64,000 bases of DNA from positions 10,772 to 74,771 of IMG/VR virus record IMGVR_UViG_2882504083_000001, one strand, 5' to 3'. A model generated the notes under the pieces. That model did no database searches. It worked only from the letters and a program-made list of their open reading frames with translations, and was not told the origin of the DNA. Both the position numbers and the translations under genes were made by a program. Below are positions 41,439 to 50,481 of the stretch, one piece after another; positions within the stretch are counted from its first letter, which is position 1, and each line of letters begins with the position of its first letter. This DNA comes from a virus (lineage: Duplodnaviria; Caudoviricetes).

Positions 41439-42003
41439 CTACCCGTTTCCCGCCGATTAACTTCTCAACCGCTCCGGGACGTTCACCGACCCCCGTTACA
41501 ATTTGAATGTTTACCTGGCTTCTTTCTTCCGAGTTACCGGATTCGTGCCTGATAGTATCCGGTTGTCCAAGAGATCGGAGAAGTTCTTTGATAATAGTGT
41601 TGCGGGATTTAAAAAGAAATGAAAGGTCAAGGTTGGAAACCTCTTCGTCAAGGATGCGTGATCTAAGAAAATCCATGAATTCAACCGCTTCTTCATTCAG
41701 TCTTGCGAGTGTTTGGGCTAAATCGGCTACAATCTTACCCCTCAATTCCTTCCTTAAATTTCCTGAAATTTCCTTACGCTCGACATTCCAGTCATTTACT
41801 TGGATAAGGTTATCTAACTTCTTATACGAAACTTTGAATTTCTTACAAATTGTCTCTCGTCCAACACCCCGGAGATAATGGACTCGAATCTCTTCTTTGA
41901 TTTCCTCCGAAAGAACATCGTAGCCTTTCTTTACGGAATGTGTTTTCCTCCCTCCACTACTCTTTGTTTTCTTCTTTGGGGGAGGTTTCGTTTTCTTTTT
42001 CAT
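41395..42003 (-). CDS. terS: Terminase small subunit (HTH)
   Basis: N-terminal HTH (HYLRGVGRETICKKFKVS...NDW); overlaps the terL start. Confidence 0.7.
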   Translation of the reverse strand: MKKKTKPPPKKKTKSSGGRKTHSVKKGYDVLSEEIKEEIRVHYLRGVGRETICKKFKVSYKKLDNLIQVNDWNVERKEISGNLRKELRGKIVADLAQTLARLNEEAVEFMDFLRSRILDEEVSNLDLSFLFKSRNTIIKELLRSLGQPDTIRHESGNSEERSQVNIQIVTGVGERPGAVEKLIGGKRVVVEEISSKDRSEEN

Positions 42004-42191
42004 CGAGTGATGAGAATCTTAAAGTCCAGCGCGGTATCGTAGTAGAGGTGAATGAAAAATTCAAGACGCCTTTGGAAGAACTGAATCCAAATTTCTTTTT
42101 GCTTCCGAACAGGATCTTTCGTCCAGATCGATACCCACAAATCTTCGTTTGTTTTTGAGTGCAGTTTTACCGACAGTTCCCTCTCCAGCAA
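42000..42191 (-). CDS. Possible small protein
   Basis: Its stop overlaps the terS ATG (ATGA), but it also overlaps the MTase 3' end. Confidence 0.3.
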   Translation of the reverse strand: MLERELSVKLHSKTNEDLWVSIWTKDPVRKQKEIWIQFFQRRLEFFIHLYYDTALDFKILITR

Positions 42192-43035
42192 ACGGATCTA
42201 GAACGGTTCCTCCTTCCGGACAACCCGCGAGTACACAAATCTCAAAAAGACGTTCCGGCCCGACTGCCGTGTGTCTATTTCTTGAATTCGGGGTTGGTAT
42301 CTGCCAAACCGATCGTCGTCTTGCGGTGAAATTTCCTGACTTGATTTTATTTTCTAAGATCCGGTCACGAACGGAGGTAGGAGTTTCGGCCAAGTAAGAT
42401 TTATATTCTTTTAGTGGGAATGTTTCCTCTTTTAAATGTTCGCAAGCTGTGGTTTCCTTTATTTTTAAAAAGCTGTGAATTTGATCGTGATGGATTTGAG
42501 AGATCGGAACCGAAACACTTTCAGCGTTAAAATAGTAAAGATCCATATCACGAACAAAGAACAAAACGTATTCGTGTGAGTTTGTGAATCTTCTCTTCGC
42601 CGATTCCGGCTTACACGATCCAACGTTACCGGAGTCCGTTGAAATAGATTTCGCCCAGACGATTTCCTGAACAAAGTGGTATCCCTCTTCTTTCATAAAG
42701 TCAACGAACCCGGAAGGGATTCGGATCGCTTGTCCGTGTTGGAAGGTATCACCGATGTTTACGAACACCGTCGCGGAATCTTTTAAGTGTTTCGCGGCCT
42801 CCCTGAATACCAATGCGAGGTGAGAAAAATACTGTTTTGTTTTTCTCTCTCGCCCTATCTCAAGTCCTACTGACGGATGAGTTACATCTAAGTATTTTCG
42901 TTTTTGGAAATACGGCGGCGAGGTCACGAGGCAATCGAACTTCGGATAGATCAGATTTTTTTCTCTGTAGTCCTTTAGAACCGTATCAGCGGAACCGCAA
43001 ATAATTTCAAAACTCAAGCGATTCTCTCCTGACAA
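42061..43035 (-). CDS. Beta-class N4-cytosine/N6-adenine DNA methyltransferase
   Basis: Catalytic VTSPPYF precedes the SAM-binding VLDPFAGEGT; also VFVNIGD and EIVWAK. Confidence 0.9.
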   Translation of the reverse strand: MSGENRLSFEIICGSADTVLKDYREKNLIYPKFDCLVTSPPYFQKRKYLDVTHPSVGLEIGRERKTKQYFSHLALVFREAAKHLKDSATVFVNIGDTFQHGQAIRIPSGFVDFMKEEGYHFVQEIVWAKSISTDSGNVGSCKPESAKRRFTNSHEYVLFFVRDMDLYYFNAESVSVPISQIHHDQIHSFLKIKETTACEHLKEETFPLKEYKSYLAETPTSVRDRILENKIKSGNFTARRRSVWQIPTPNSRNRHTAVGPERLFEICVLAGCPEGGTVLDPFAGEGTVGKTALKNKRRFVGIDLDERSCSEAKRNLDSVLPKAS

Positions 43036-43931
43036 AAAAGAGCGATCTGTTCAAACAGTGCTTCCGAACACTCCCATTTCCCGCCTTCAAGTTCCGCGAA
43101 ATAGCTTTGCGAGTAACCGAGTCCTTGAGCGAGCTGGAACTGAGTTAGTCCCGCCTCTTTTCGTAACGCCTTTATTCGAGAGGCCGTCTCTTCGTTTTCG
43201 GATTTAAAGTTTTTGTCAAAGTATTTGGAACGGGCCGCCTTCGCGCACTCGCAAACCACTTCTTTAAACGCTCCGCGCCATTCATAATTCAAGTTCTTAC
43301 CGTGGACTTTTAGAAGGAATTTTCCGTTTCCTTGATCCGCTAAGTTTATCCGAAGATTTCGAATCTTTTTCTTAGCCCAAAGTTCGTGCAGGATTTCAAT
43401 CGAATCCTCTTTGTTTGAACCCTTTCTGATTTTCTTTAGATCGCCTTTCAGTGTAGAGACAAGGATTCCCGTTTTCTTACTGATTTCATTGAGTTTTTCT
43501 AGGAAAATTTTTGTTCCGGTAAAAAACTCCGGACAAAACTCGCGATACGTTAAGAGCCTGTCTTTAAAATGATACTGACCTTTTCCGTAATTTTTTTCGG
43601 CAATATAGGAAACTGGATCATCAGGGGAAACGATATACGCATCGATAGCCACCCATCCTAGGAGTTTGACCGCTTTGATTCTATGCTCGCCGGAGAGACA
43701 AAGATACAGATCTGAATCGGGGATCTTTTGAAGTGATATTGGTTCGTGTAATCCGTTTCGTTTTATATTCTCCGCTAATCGCCGGATGAACTCTTCCGTT
43801 TTAGGACGGAATATTTTTTCATTCTTTGGATGAAATTGAATCTTCTCCAAAAGAACCTTTACACGTTCGAGTTTTATCTCGTCTTGATTGGTTACTGACT
43901 CTATTACGTTACTGGAATTTGTTTCAAACAC
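43014..43931 (-). CDS. ParB-like N-terminal domain + C-terminal XRE HTH protein
   Basis: HPKN, LAENIKRNGLHEPI and LSGEHRIKAVKLLG; IKALRKEAGLTQFQLAQGLGYSQSYFAELE. Confidence 0.8.
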   Translation of the reverse strand: MFETNSSNVIESVTNQDEIKLERVKVLLEKIQFHPKNEKIFRPKTEEFIRRLAENIKRNGLHEPISLQKIPDSDLYLCLSGEHRIKAVKLLGWVAIDAYIVSPDDPVSYIAEKNYGKGQYHFKDRLLTYREFCPEFFTGTKIFLEKLNEISKKTGILVSTLKGDLKKIRKGSNKEDSIEILHELWAKKKIRNLRINLADQGNGKFLLKVHGKNLNYEWRGAFKEVVCECAKAARSKYFDKNFKSENEETASRIKALRKEAGLTQFQLAQGLGYSQSYFAELEGGKWECSEALFEQIALFCQERIA

Positions 43932-44041
43932 ATCTCACGAATATTTATTTTTACCGAGAGAGTCCTTTAATTTGGCTTTGTGATTAGGAAAAAGTTAAGG
44001 GATGGAATTTTGTGCGGTCCTTAATTTTTGTTACATTCAAT

Positions 44042-44989
44042 TCACATAAGGTTTTCCGATTTTAGTTTCAATAGAGCTCTCCATGCAAGACATACCACTG
44101 CCGGTACTTGTCCGTTTCCAATTGCTCGGAGCTGGTCCAACCGAGCGGCCATCCCATTAACCACTCGACCCACCGGGGGTTCAACTGCCCACCATTCACC
44201 TCGCTGTATTCGGGTCGCTTGCTCGAATGAAACTTGGCTTGAAATAAATCTCCTTCCGTTATCATCGAAGTCGTTGGAGTGGGATATTTCTTCACTGCGG
44301 TTGCAAGTCCTTCTCCTGAAGTTTTGCTTACTCCCTTTCGATTGTAATTTCCGCATACGGTAGGCGTGGGCCACAACCTTTGATCTCTTACTTGATCTTG
44401 AAGCCGTAATTGTCTTCGGTGTCCCGAAGGTCTTACTTTTTTTTCGACAATCAAATCCAGTTGTTCCTGATTCAACGCTCCTCCGGTGCCCGTATCGGGT
44501 GTACGCCAGTATCCAGATTCGTTTTCGGATATGCGGAGCCCCAACGTTATCAGCTCCCAACACTCCCCAGATTGCATCAAACCCCATCGAGGCCAAGTTT
44601 CCAAGAACTCGATCGATTCCACGCCTGGTAAGCAATGGGGAATTTTCCACGAAAGCGTAGCGTGGTCGAACTTCGCAAATGATTCGGAACATTTCTTTCC
44701 AAAGACCGGAACGTTCGCTGTCAATTCCTCCTCCCTTTCCGGCAATTGAAATGTCCTGGCAAGGAAAACCTCCCGCCACCACATCAATAAGTCCTTTCCA
44801 AGGTCGTCCATCAAAGGTACAAACATTATCCCAAACGGGGAACGGTGGCAGGTGTCCTTCATTTTGTCGCTGGAGTAGTCGTCTGGCACAGTATGAGTTG
44901 AGTTCCACGGCACAGACGGTTTTCCATCCGAGCAACGCGCCGCCGAGTAAGCCTCCTCCAGCACCCGCGAAAAGTGCCAGCTCATTCAG
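44042..44989 (-). CDS. C5-cytosine DNA methyltransferase, alpha polypeptide (probable CTG start at 44989)
   Basis: LNELALFAGAGG (motif I), GGFPCQDIS (IV), FVENSP (VI), APHIRKRIWI (VIII), LRAIGNGQVP (X). In-frame TAA lies just upstream of the CTG. Confidence 0.85.
   Translation of the reverse strand: MNELALFAGAGGGLLGGALLGWKTVCAVELNSYCARRLLQRQNEGHLPPFPVWDNVCTFDGRPWKGLIDVVAGGFPCQDISIAGKGGGIDSERSGLWKEMFRIICEVRPRYAFVENSPLLTRRGIDRVLGNLASMGFDAIWGVLGADNVGAPHIRKRIWILAYTRYGHRRSVESGTTGFDCRKKSKTFGTPKTITASRSSKRSKVVAHAYRMRKLQSKGSKQNFRRRTCNRSEEISHSNDFDDNGRRFISSQVSFEQATRIQRGEWWAVEPPVGRVVNGMAARLDQLRAIGNGQVPAVVCLAWRALLKLKSENLM
44068..44985 (-). CDS. C5 methyltransferase beta polypeptide in an overlapping frame
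   Basis: 305-aa frame open across the alpha gene; WRTP/WPTP/YPTP repeats and GQLNPRWVEWLMGWPLGWT (motif IX-like). Confidence 0.75.
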   Translation of the reverse strand: MSWHFSRVLEEAYSAARCSDGKPSVPWNSTHTVPDDYSSDKMKDTCHRSPFGIMFVPLMDDLGKDLLMWWREVFLARTFQLPEREEELTANVPVFGKKCSESFAKFDHATLSWKIPHCLPGVESIEFLETWPRWGLMQSGECWELITLGLRISENESGYWRTPDTGTGGALNQEQLDLIVEKKVRPSGHRRQLRLQDQVRDQRLWPTPTVCGNYNRKGVSKTSGEGLATAVKKYPTPTTSMITEGDLFQAKFHSSKRPEYSEVNGGQLNPRWVEWLMGWPLGWTSSEQLETDKYRQWYVLHGELY

Positions 44990-45203
44990 AAACTTTTATC
45001 CCTTTGAAAGAAAGAATTCCTTCAGAATACCTAACTGAAGTATCAGGCGGCACTGCCGTTCGAAGTTTGTAAGATGGGTTTAAAGAAATTTCGTTTTTGA
45101 AATTTTGATTCAATACCGTGAAGAGTATTTAACTTCTTCGAATCGGTTAAAAAAGAATCCCTGGACTTTTAACATTTTCACATATAGAATCCAGGGATGT
45201 TCA

Positions 45204-45551
45204 CTATGCGACTTTTAAGAGAATTCCATTTCTCCAAATTTTGGTTTTAGAGGGTCTGTTCTTTCGTGTGATCGAGTAAACGTATTTTTGAACGGAATAC
45301 TCAATGCCAAGGGGCGCCAGCCTTTGAAGTTTCTCAGCTTCCAAAATAGCTACCTTGTCGCCGTCCTCTCCTATAAAGCACTGACCCGTTGAACCCCAAA
45401 GCCTTCTTTGGCCGGATTCTGGTTTAAAGTGCTTGTAAATATGAAACTCGATTCTTTCTTTATCCAACATTCTATTGTCCTCGTCTTTGTTACGCTGCGT
45501 CACCGCAAAGAATCTTCTGGCTTCTTCGCAAGTCCATGATTCGAAGCGCAT
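45204..45551 (-). CDS. Hypothetical phage protein
   Basis: 115-aa ORF in the early operon. Confidence 0.55.
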   Translation of the reverse strand: MRFESWTCEEARRFFAVTQRNKDEDNRMLDKERIEFHIYKHFKPESGQRRLWGSTGQCFIGEDGDKVAILEAEKLQRLAPLGIEYSVQKYVYSITRKNRPSKTKIWRNGILLKVA

Positions 45552-45768
45552 CCCTGTGGCTTAATTCCAAAAGCATTCCGTCCGCATCTTGAACAAAATA
45601 GTTCCCGTCAAAGGGCTTTGGAGCTTTTGAGAATTTCGGTTCTACAAAGCGATTCAATATCTTTCTTAAATTGGTCACTTTGTTTCTTAATTCTTCGATT
45701 TCTTTTTCTGAGATCTGGTTCATGCTGTTTTTTCCTCTGCATTTGCTGTGTAGGCATACAATTCGCAA
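45490..45768 (-). CDS. Hypothetical phage protein
   Basis: Probably starts at the internal MNQISE; coiled-coil N-terminus. Confidence 0.5.
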   Translation of the reverse strand: MRIVCLHSKCRGKNSMNQISEKEIEELRNKVTNLRKILNRFVEPKFSKAPKPFDGNYFVQDADGMLLELSHRDALRIMDLRRSQKILCGDAA

Positions 45769-47033
45769 GCTTTGACTCCTTTAGCAGTTCGAAACTGCGG
45801 TGGAGCAACTTCTGCGAAATATTTGTTGTACATCAGTTGTTTTGATTCTTCGTAGAGGGAAGGATTTCTATTGTCTCTGTAATATTCGAAAGAGGTGAAT
45901 GGCAACAATTCGATCGCCCACTTGAGAAAACACTCATGAGGTGAATTCGGTACTGCTTCTATATTTTTTACTTCGTTTTTTTTGTTTTGGAACTCTTGCT
46001 TTTGGGGTGGTTTCGTTACGTACTCCTTTTTCTTTTTTTGATAGTTCGCTTTTGGTTTTTCGTATTTTACTTCTTCAACTTTTATCAACCGAGACCAAAA
46101 TTTTAGGACTGTCTCGGGACTCACACATTGTCTTCTCCAAAAAAGTTCATATCCCTTTCGATATTCGATCAGGACTTCAATCTTTTCTTGTACCAATTCC
46201 CAAGATCCTTCTGTCATTTGGAATAGAGTCTCAAGACTATTCTTCTCGATCGGGGATTCCCCGAGGATGCTCTTGTGATTTTCGAAATAGATTTTTTTGA
46301 AGTTCTCAAGCCAAGTTTCAGGGTAACATTCTGTTTGCTGTTTTTCCGAATCGCGAAGATCCGTTTTGTGCGGATTGTCTCCCCTACTCTCTCTAGAAGT
46401 TTGAATTTGTTTCTTTTTTTCTTCGTTTGAAAGTACTTCGTGATTCAGTATTTCTTTCTTAGTATTTAGTAGGTTGCGGCTTACCGAGTTCGGATCTTCC
46501 GAAACCGGATTCACCGGGACCGGAAAATCCAGGTTTTTTAAAATTTCCTGTGCGGGTTCGGAGTTCTCTTTTGTATCTTCAAAAAGTAAAAGATTTTTCG
46601 TATCTTGCTTTTTCTTTTTCGTACTTCTGACGAACGGCGATTTCTCTTCCGGCTTTTTAGAAACCTCAGAAAAGCACCAATACTGTGACAAATGCCCCGT
46701 TTTCGGGTTTCTGATCCGAACGAGTTCCGCGTATCCGAAGTGAGCTAACTCTTTTAATCCAGAGAGAACCGCACTTTCTTCGTCTGAAGAATAGACACAA
46801 AGTTGTCTCGCACGAAATTTCCAATCATCAGGCATTCCAAGGATGATAAGGAACAGTCCTTTCGTCTTGTTACTAAGTCTTTGATCTCTGCTAAAGGAAT
46901 TACTTGTTACGGTGAAGTTTGTAGTATGCGCGACTCGTTCGATAGTTTTAACGGACATCTTCTTAATCCCTAAACATGTTTTGAGCCATGAATTTATACG
47001 TTCGATTCGGAATATCGCGACCTTGAATTCCAT
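45720..47033 (-). CDS. Phage replication initiator (winged-helix N-terminus); likely start at MSVKTIER
   Basis: NFTVTSN...DQRLSNKTKGLFLIILGMPDDW...VLSGLKELAHFGY motif. Confidence 0.7.
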   Translation of the reverse strand: MEFKVAIFRIERINSWLKTCLGIKKMSVKTIERVAHTTNFTVTSNSFSRDQRLSNKTKGLFLIILGMPDDWKFRARQLCVYSSDEESAVLSGLKELAHFGYAELVRIRNPKTGHLSQYWCFSEVSKKPEEKSPFVRSTKKKKQDTKNLLLFEDTKENSEPAQEILKNLDFPVPVNPVSEDPNSVSRNLLNTKKEILNHEVLSNEEKKKQIQTSRESRGDNPHKTDLRDSEKQQTECYPETWLENFKKIYFENHKSILGESPIEKNSLETLFQMTEGSWELVQEKIEVLIEYRKGYELFWRRQCVSPETVLKFWSRLIKVEEVKYEKPKANYQKKKKEYVTKPPQKQEFQNKKNEVKNIEAVPNSPHECFLKWAIELLPFTSFEYYRDNRNPSLYEESKQLMYNKYFAEVAPPQFRTAKGVKACELYAYTANAEEKTA

Positions 47034-47301
47034 GACCCGACATGTGACGAATGAACTTCAACACCGAACTAATTTCTTCGAGCTTGTCCGTAAAAAAGAA
47101 ACACTGGTCGTATTTATCCTGAAATTCCAAATGGTCTTCACGTATTCTGATTTTTATCTGCGGTATGTCTCTTGACTCGAACTGAAAGTAATTATTATTC
47201 TCCCAACCGTGTTTGTTTAGAATCCTTTCTATTTCGTGTCTGTCCTCCTTTGCATTGATCTTTTCTCTATTTCGTTCTAATGTTGCCTGCGAATTATCCA
47301 A
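46963..47301 (-). CDS. Hypothetical phage protein
   Basis: 112-aa ORF with SD AAGGA. Confidence 0.55.
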   Translation of the reverse strand: MDNSQATLERNREKINAKEDRHEIERILNKHGWENNNYFQFESRDIPQIKIRIREDHLEFQDKYDQCFFFTDKLEEISSVLKFIRHMSGHGIQGRDIPNRTYKFMAQNMFRD

Positions 47302-47481
47302 CTGAGTTTATTCCTTCGTTTTACTTCTCTAAATACGCTTGGTTTATTTCTTTTAAAATTTCCGCTTTCGACTGCTTACGGAAATATGGCCCGAATTTGA
47401 TTATCAGAAAGCCGACAATTCCGAAAATTAGTGCTGAGTAATAAAAAATGTTCATTTTTCTCTAAGGTTCCTTTTTCCAAT

Positions 47482-47682
47482 TTACGCAGTTTTTGAAAGT
47501 TCACGGAATTTTACGTGACCGATATATCGAAGGTGTTGGTCGATAACCCACCCGGCGCAAATCGGACGGGAGAAACGGGAGTAAACGACCTCGTTCGTGA
47601 ACCGATTGTACACTTCAAACAAGGGTTCTCCGTCCGGTCTTTCTCCGGCGGGCTGAATTCTATAAATTTCAAGCGGGTCCAT
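47482..47682 (-). CDS. Hypothetical phage protein
   Basis: 66-aa ORF in the early operon. Confidence 0.5.
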   Translation of the reverse strand: MDPLEIYRIQPAGERPDGEPLFEVYNRFTNEVVYSRFSRPICAGWVIDQHLRYIGHVKFRELSKTA

Positions 47683-47683
47683 C

Positions 47684-47929
47684 TTATACGACCCTTGGGA
47701 TATAACGGGGAGTTTTCGAAATTAGTTTGAATAACCTTGAATTGTTAATTGAGAAGTTTTCGTATATTAGAATTTTTATATGTTGCGCGAGTGGCATTTC
47801 GCTGTAGTATCGCAAGAAATGGAGTTTCGAAAATGTCATTCGTACGAATTTTGAATTCATACCCACAACGAAAGCCTGACTCACATTTGGTTGCGCCGGA
47901 GTCGTTTTATGAAAAATATTCACGATCAA
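47684..47929 (-). CDS. Possible Cro-like small protein
   Basis: First gene of the leftward operon, divergent from the repressor-like gene; start uncertain. Confidence 0.35.
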   Translation of the reverse strand: MIVNIFHKTTPAQPNVSQAFVVGMNSKFVRMTFSKLHFLRYYSEMPLAQHIKILIYENFSINNSRLFKLISKTPRYIPRVV

Positions 47930-47964
47930 TATCCTATTTGGGAATATTTCTTGATTTCCCGAAC

Positions 47965-47987
47965 TTTCCTGTAATTGACACAGGAAA
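47965..47987. promoter_or_regulatory. Candidate operator overlapping a TTGACA box
   Basis: TTTCCTGT-AATTGAC-ACAGGAAA inverted repeat in the divergent intergenic region. Confidence 0.45.
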
Positions 47988-48059
47988 AAACTATATTTAC
48001 CGTATTTTATATTATATATAATTTGTATAGACTTTATTTTGTATTATCTATAAAACGTA

Positions 48060-48494
48060 ATGGACCGCATGAATTTAAAACTCGACCCTAATGTAGATTA
48101 CTCTGATTCAAAAAATCGATATTTGTTTATTGAGGAGGTTCTTGGATTCGATGAAGATGCAATGACTATCCTTCTAGGCAAAATTAGTAAGCCCACTTAC
48201 CATTCATACAAATACGGCAAAACTCTTATGCCTGTAGTTCGAGTCGAGATTCTAAAAAAAGAAGGCTTCAACGACAGATGGGTGAACCACAATGAAGGCG
48301 AACCATTCATTAAGGCAGGTAAAAATATAATAGAAATGAAAAGAGACACGAACTTCATTAAGATGCTCGAAGCCGAGAATCTAAAGGATGTTCTAACTCA
48401 GTTCTTGGACTCAAACCCTTCCTCAGATCGGATAAATTGGCTTCGGACTGCAATTGAATTTGCGGCTCAAAATTCGAATAAAAATAATCCGTAA
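48060..48494 (+). CDS. Putative CI-like repressor (HTH)
   Basis: Divergent from the early operon; ISKPTYHSYKYGKT...GFNDRWVNHNEGEPF resembles CI-type N-domains. Confidence 0.6.
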   Translation: MDRMNLKLDPNVDYSDSKNRYLFIEEVLGFDEDAMTILLGKISKPTYHSYKYGKTLMPVVRVEILKKEGFNDRWVNHNEGEPFIKAGKNIIEMKRDTNFIKMLEAENLKDVLTQFLDSNPSSDRINWLRTAIEFAAQNSNKNNP

Positions 48495-48612
48495 TATCCC
48501 TCGAAACTTGTTTCGCAACCGCCTCCAAGTCCAACTCCCCTCTTTTCGCCTCCTCGAAAATTTTATCGATCATTGCAAACACCGCCTGATCGCACTCTAC
48601 TCTTGATTTCAT
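48358..48612 (-). CDS. Hypothetical protein convergent with and overlapping the repressor 3' end
   Basis: 84-aa ORF with SD-like GGGG upstream. Confidence 0.35.
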   Translation of the reverse strand: MKSRVECDQAVFAMIDKIFEEAKRGELDLEAVAKQVSRDITDYFYSNFEPQIQLQSEANLSDLRKGLSPRTELEHPLDSRLRAS

Positions 48613-48827
48613 AAGATCCCCTACTCTACTACGACCGAATAAATTATTTCTTTTAGCAGGGTCAAGAAAGCTGAAAGAGACAGATAGTTCAGGATATAAT
48701 TTGAAAGCTAAACAAAATGATTTTTTTTATATTTCCCAGTAATTCCCATAGGAAAATAGACTAAAACACCATCCCGGTTTATGTAAGTTCCTCAAAAAAA
48801 CTGAGGCTTTGAAATATATTATTAAAG

Positions 48828-48865
48828 AATTTTCAAATGGGAACGCTCATTCCCATTTGAAAATT
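48828..48865. repeat. Palindrome upstream of parA (candidate centromere or operator)
   Basis: AATTTTCAAATGGGAA-CGCTCA-TTCCCATTTGAAAATT, perfect 16-bp arms. Confidence 0.75.
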
Positions 48866-48935
48866 TCAAAAAATATACCTGACATAATTTTTTACGCTTT
48901 CGCAAAAATTCTAAGATTTCTATTCTTTTAAAATC

Positions 48936-49685
48936 ATGAAAATAATTCCCATTTGTTCCGGGAAGGGTGGAGTCGGAAAAACCACTAACACCATATTCCT
49001 CGGTCAAACTTTGTCTTATTTAGGCTACAAGGTGTTACTTATTGACTTCGATTTTAATCGAAGCTTGAGCAAGTTCACACTTTCCCGCTTCGGAGTAAAC
49101 GAGCAAGAGACAACTTTTAAAAACTCATTTAACATGCTTTTTGAGGCGGATGACTATTCAAAATACATATTCAAAACAGGCGAGAATTTTGATTTTATTC
49201 CAACCATCGAACGCCTCAAAAAGGTTGATTTAGAATTTTATGATGACCCTAGGCTTAAATATAGATTCGAAAATCTGTTACGCAAACTCGATTACGACTT
49301 CATTTTACTTGATCTACATAACGTTGTAAATGTTGTTCTTCTAGCTGCCATTCACAGCGCAGACCATATTATTTCTCCAATGGAATATGGGGATTGGGGA
49401 CAAGAAGGAACCGATGCAATGTATAAAGTTTTTAAGGAAGTCGAATCAAGCTCATCCAAAAAAATCAAATTTACAGTCGTACCTTCAAGAGTATCTAAAA
49501 GGAGAATTGAAGACCTGATTGAAGTTTGCGAGCATAACGGTCTTTCTGTTAGTAAGTTTGCAAACTATAATGACGATATCGTTCATTCTGCTTCGAACTT
49601 AGGAGAATTTTTAAATCCCAAAAAACATTCCGCATTCGAGCGATTTTTAGTTTTGGCGCATGAGGTTTCAAATGGCACAAAATAA
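48936..49685 (+). CDS. parA: ParA-family partition ATPase
   Basis: Deviant Walker A SGKGGVGKTT, VLLIDFDFN and YDFILLD. Confidence 0.92.
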   Translation: MKIIPICSGKGGVGKTTNTIFLGQTLSYLGYKVLLIDFDFNRSLSKFTLSRFGVNEQETTFKNSFNMLFEADDYSKYIFKTGENFDFIPTIERLKKVDLEFYDDPRLKYRFENLLRKLDYDFILLDLHNVVNVVLLAAIHSADHIISPMEYGDWGQEGTDAMYKVFKEVESSSSKKIKFTVVPSRVSKRRIEDLIEVCEHNGLSVSKFANYNDDIVHSASNLGEFLNPKKHSAFERFLVLAHEVSNGTK

Positions 49686-50325
49686 TATTCCCAACAGAAA
49701 TGATCGGCTTAAAGAAAAGCTGAAAAACAAGAACTCAAAGCTAAAAGCTCAAGCATCGGACAATACTGAGCTGGATACGATTAGTTCAGTCACTTCTATT
49801 GACCCGCAACTAAAAGAACTTAAAGAACACTACGAGTCCTTACTAAACGCACACCGAAGAACAATAAATGCCTCAATCGAATTCGGCGCATACCTCTCCA
49901 AAGTTAAGGACACCGTAGGACATGGCCATTTCATAGATCATATAGAGAAGAATAAATCTTATTTGGGTTTTGATAGAAGAGCGGCTAGCAATTACTTGAG
50001 AATTTACAATGGCCAACATTTCATTAGAAAGGAATCTAAAACAATCCAAGATGCAATAAATGACATTAGAATCGCAACTGCCGGCCTGCCCGAACCCGAG
50101 TTCGAAAAGAAACTCGAAAGAGAAATCAACCCCCTAGAGTATGATTCAACTAAAGCAAAGAAACTGTATAAACTTTTCATTAAAAACGGCAAAGTCAAAA
50201 AAGGCATAAAGAAGCCAGTAGCAGATTATATAAGAAAATTCATTGAAAACGAAATGGAAAAAGAAAAAAAGAAATACGAAAGTATAATCGCTGGATACCA
50301 AAATGACTTATCCATACTCAACTAA
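49660..50325 (+). CDS. Putative ParA partner with a DUF3102-like domain
   Basis: IEFGAYLSKVKDTVGHGHFIDHIEKN...FDRRAASNYLRIY; overlaps parA. No GxxR ParB CTPase motif seen. Confidence 0.6.
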   Translation: MRFQMAQNNIPNRNDRLKEKLKNKNSKLKAQASDNTELDTISSVTSIDPQLKELKEHYESLLNAHRRTINASIEFGAYLSKVKDTVGHGHFIDHIEKNKSYLGFDRRAASNYLRIYNGQHFIRKESKTIQDAINDIRIATAGLPEPEFEKKLEREINPLEYDSTKAKKLYKLFIKNGKVKKGIKKPVADYIRKFIENEMEKEKKKYESIIAGYQNDLSILN

Positions 50326-50327
50326 CA

Positions 50328-50353
50328 CAAATGGGAATGCTCGTTCCCATTTG
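50328..50353. repeat. Second palindrome, just downstream of the par operon
   Basis: CAAATGGGAA-TGCTCG-TTCCCATTTG, same arms as the 48828-48865 site. Confidence 0.75.
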
Positions 50354-50481
50354 ATAGATATAGCAACCGCACCCTCATCCAAATAATGAAGTTTCATAGA
50401 AATCGAAAATTTTAAATTTTCTTAAAAAAAAGTCTTGTACTCGATTTTCAAATAGGTAAAGTTGTTTTGAATCTAAATCCA

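Noticed and set aside
45157-45198. Inverted repeat ATCCCTGGA...TCCAGGGAT
   Set aside because: Single 9-bp stem with a long loop and no U-tract or second copy, so no function can be supported.
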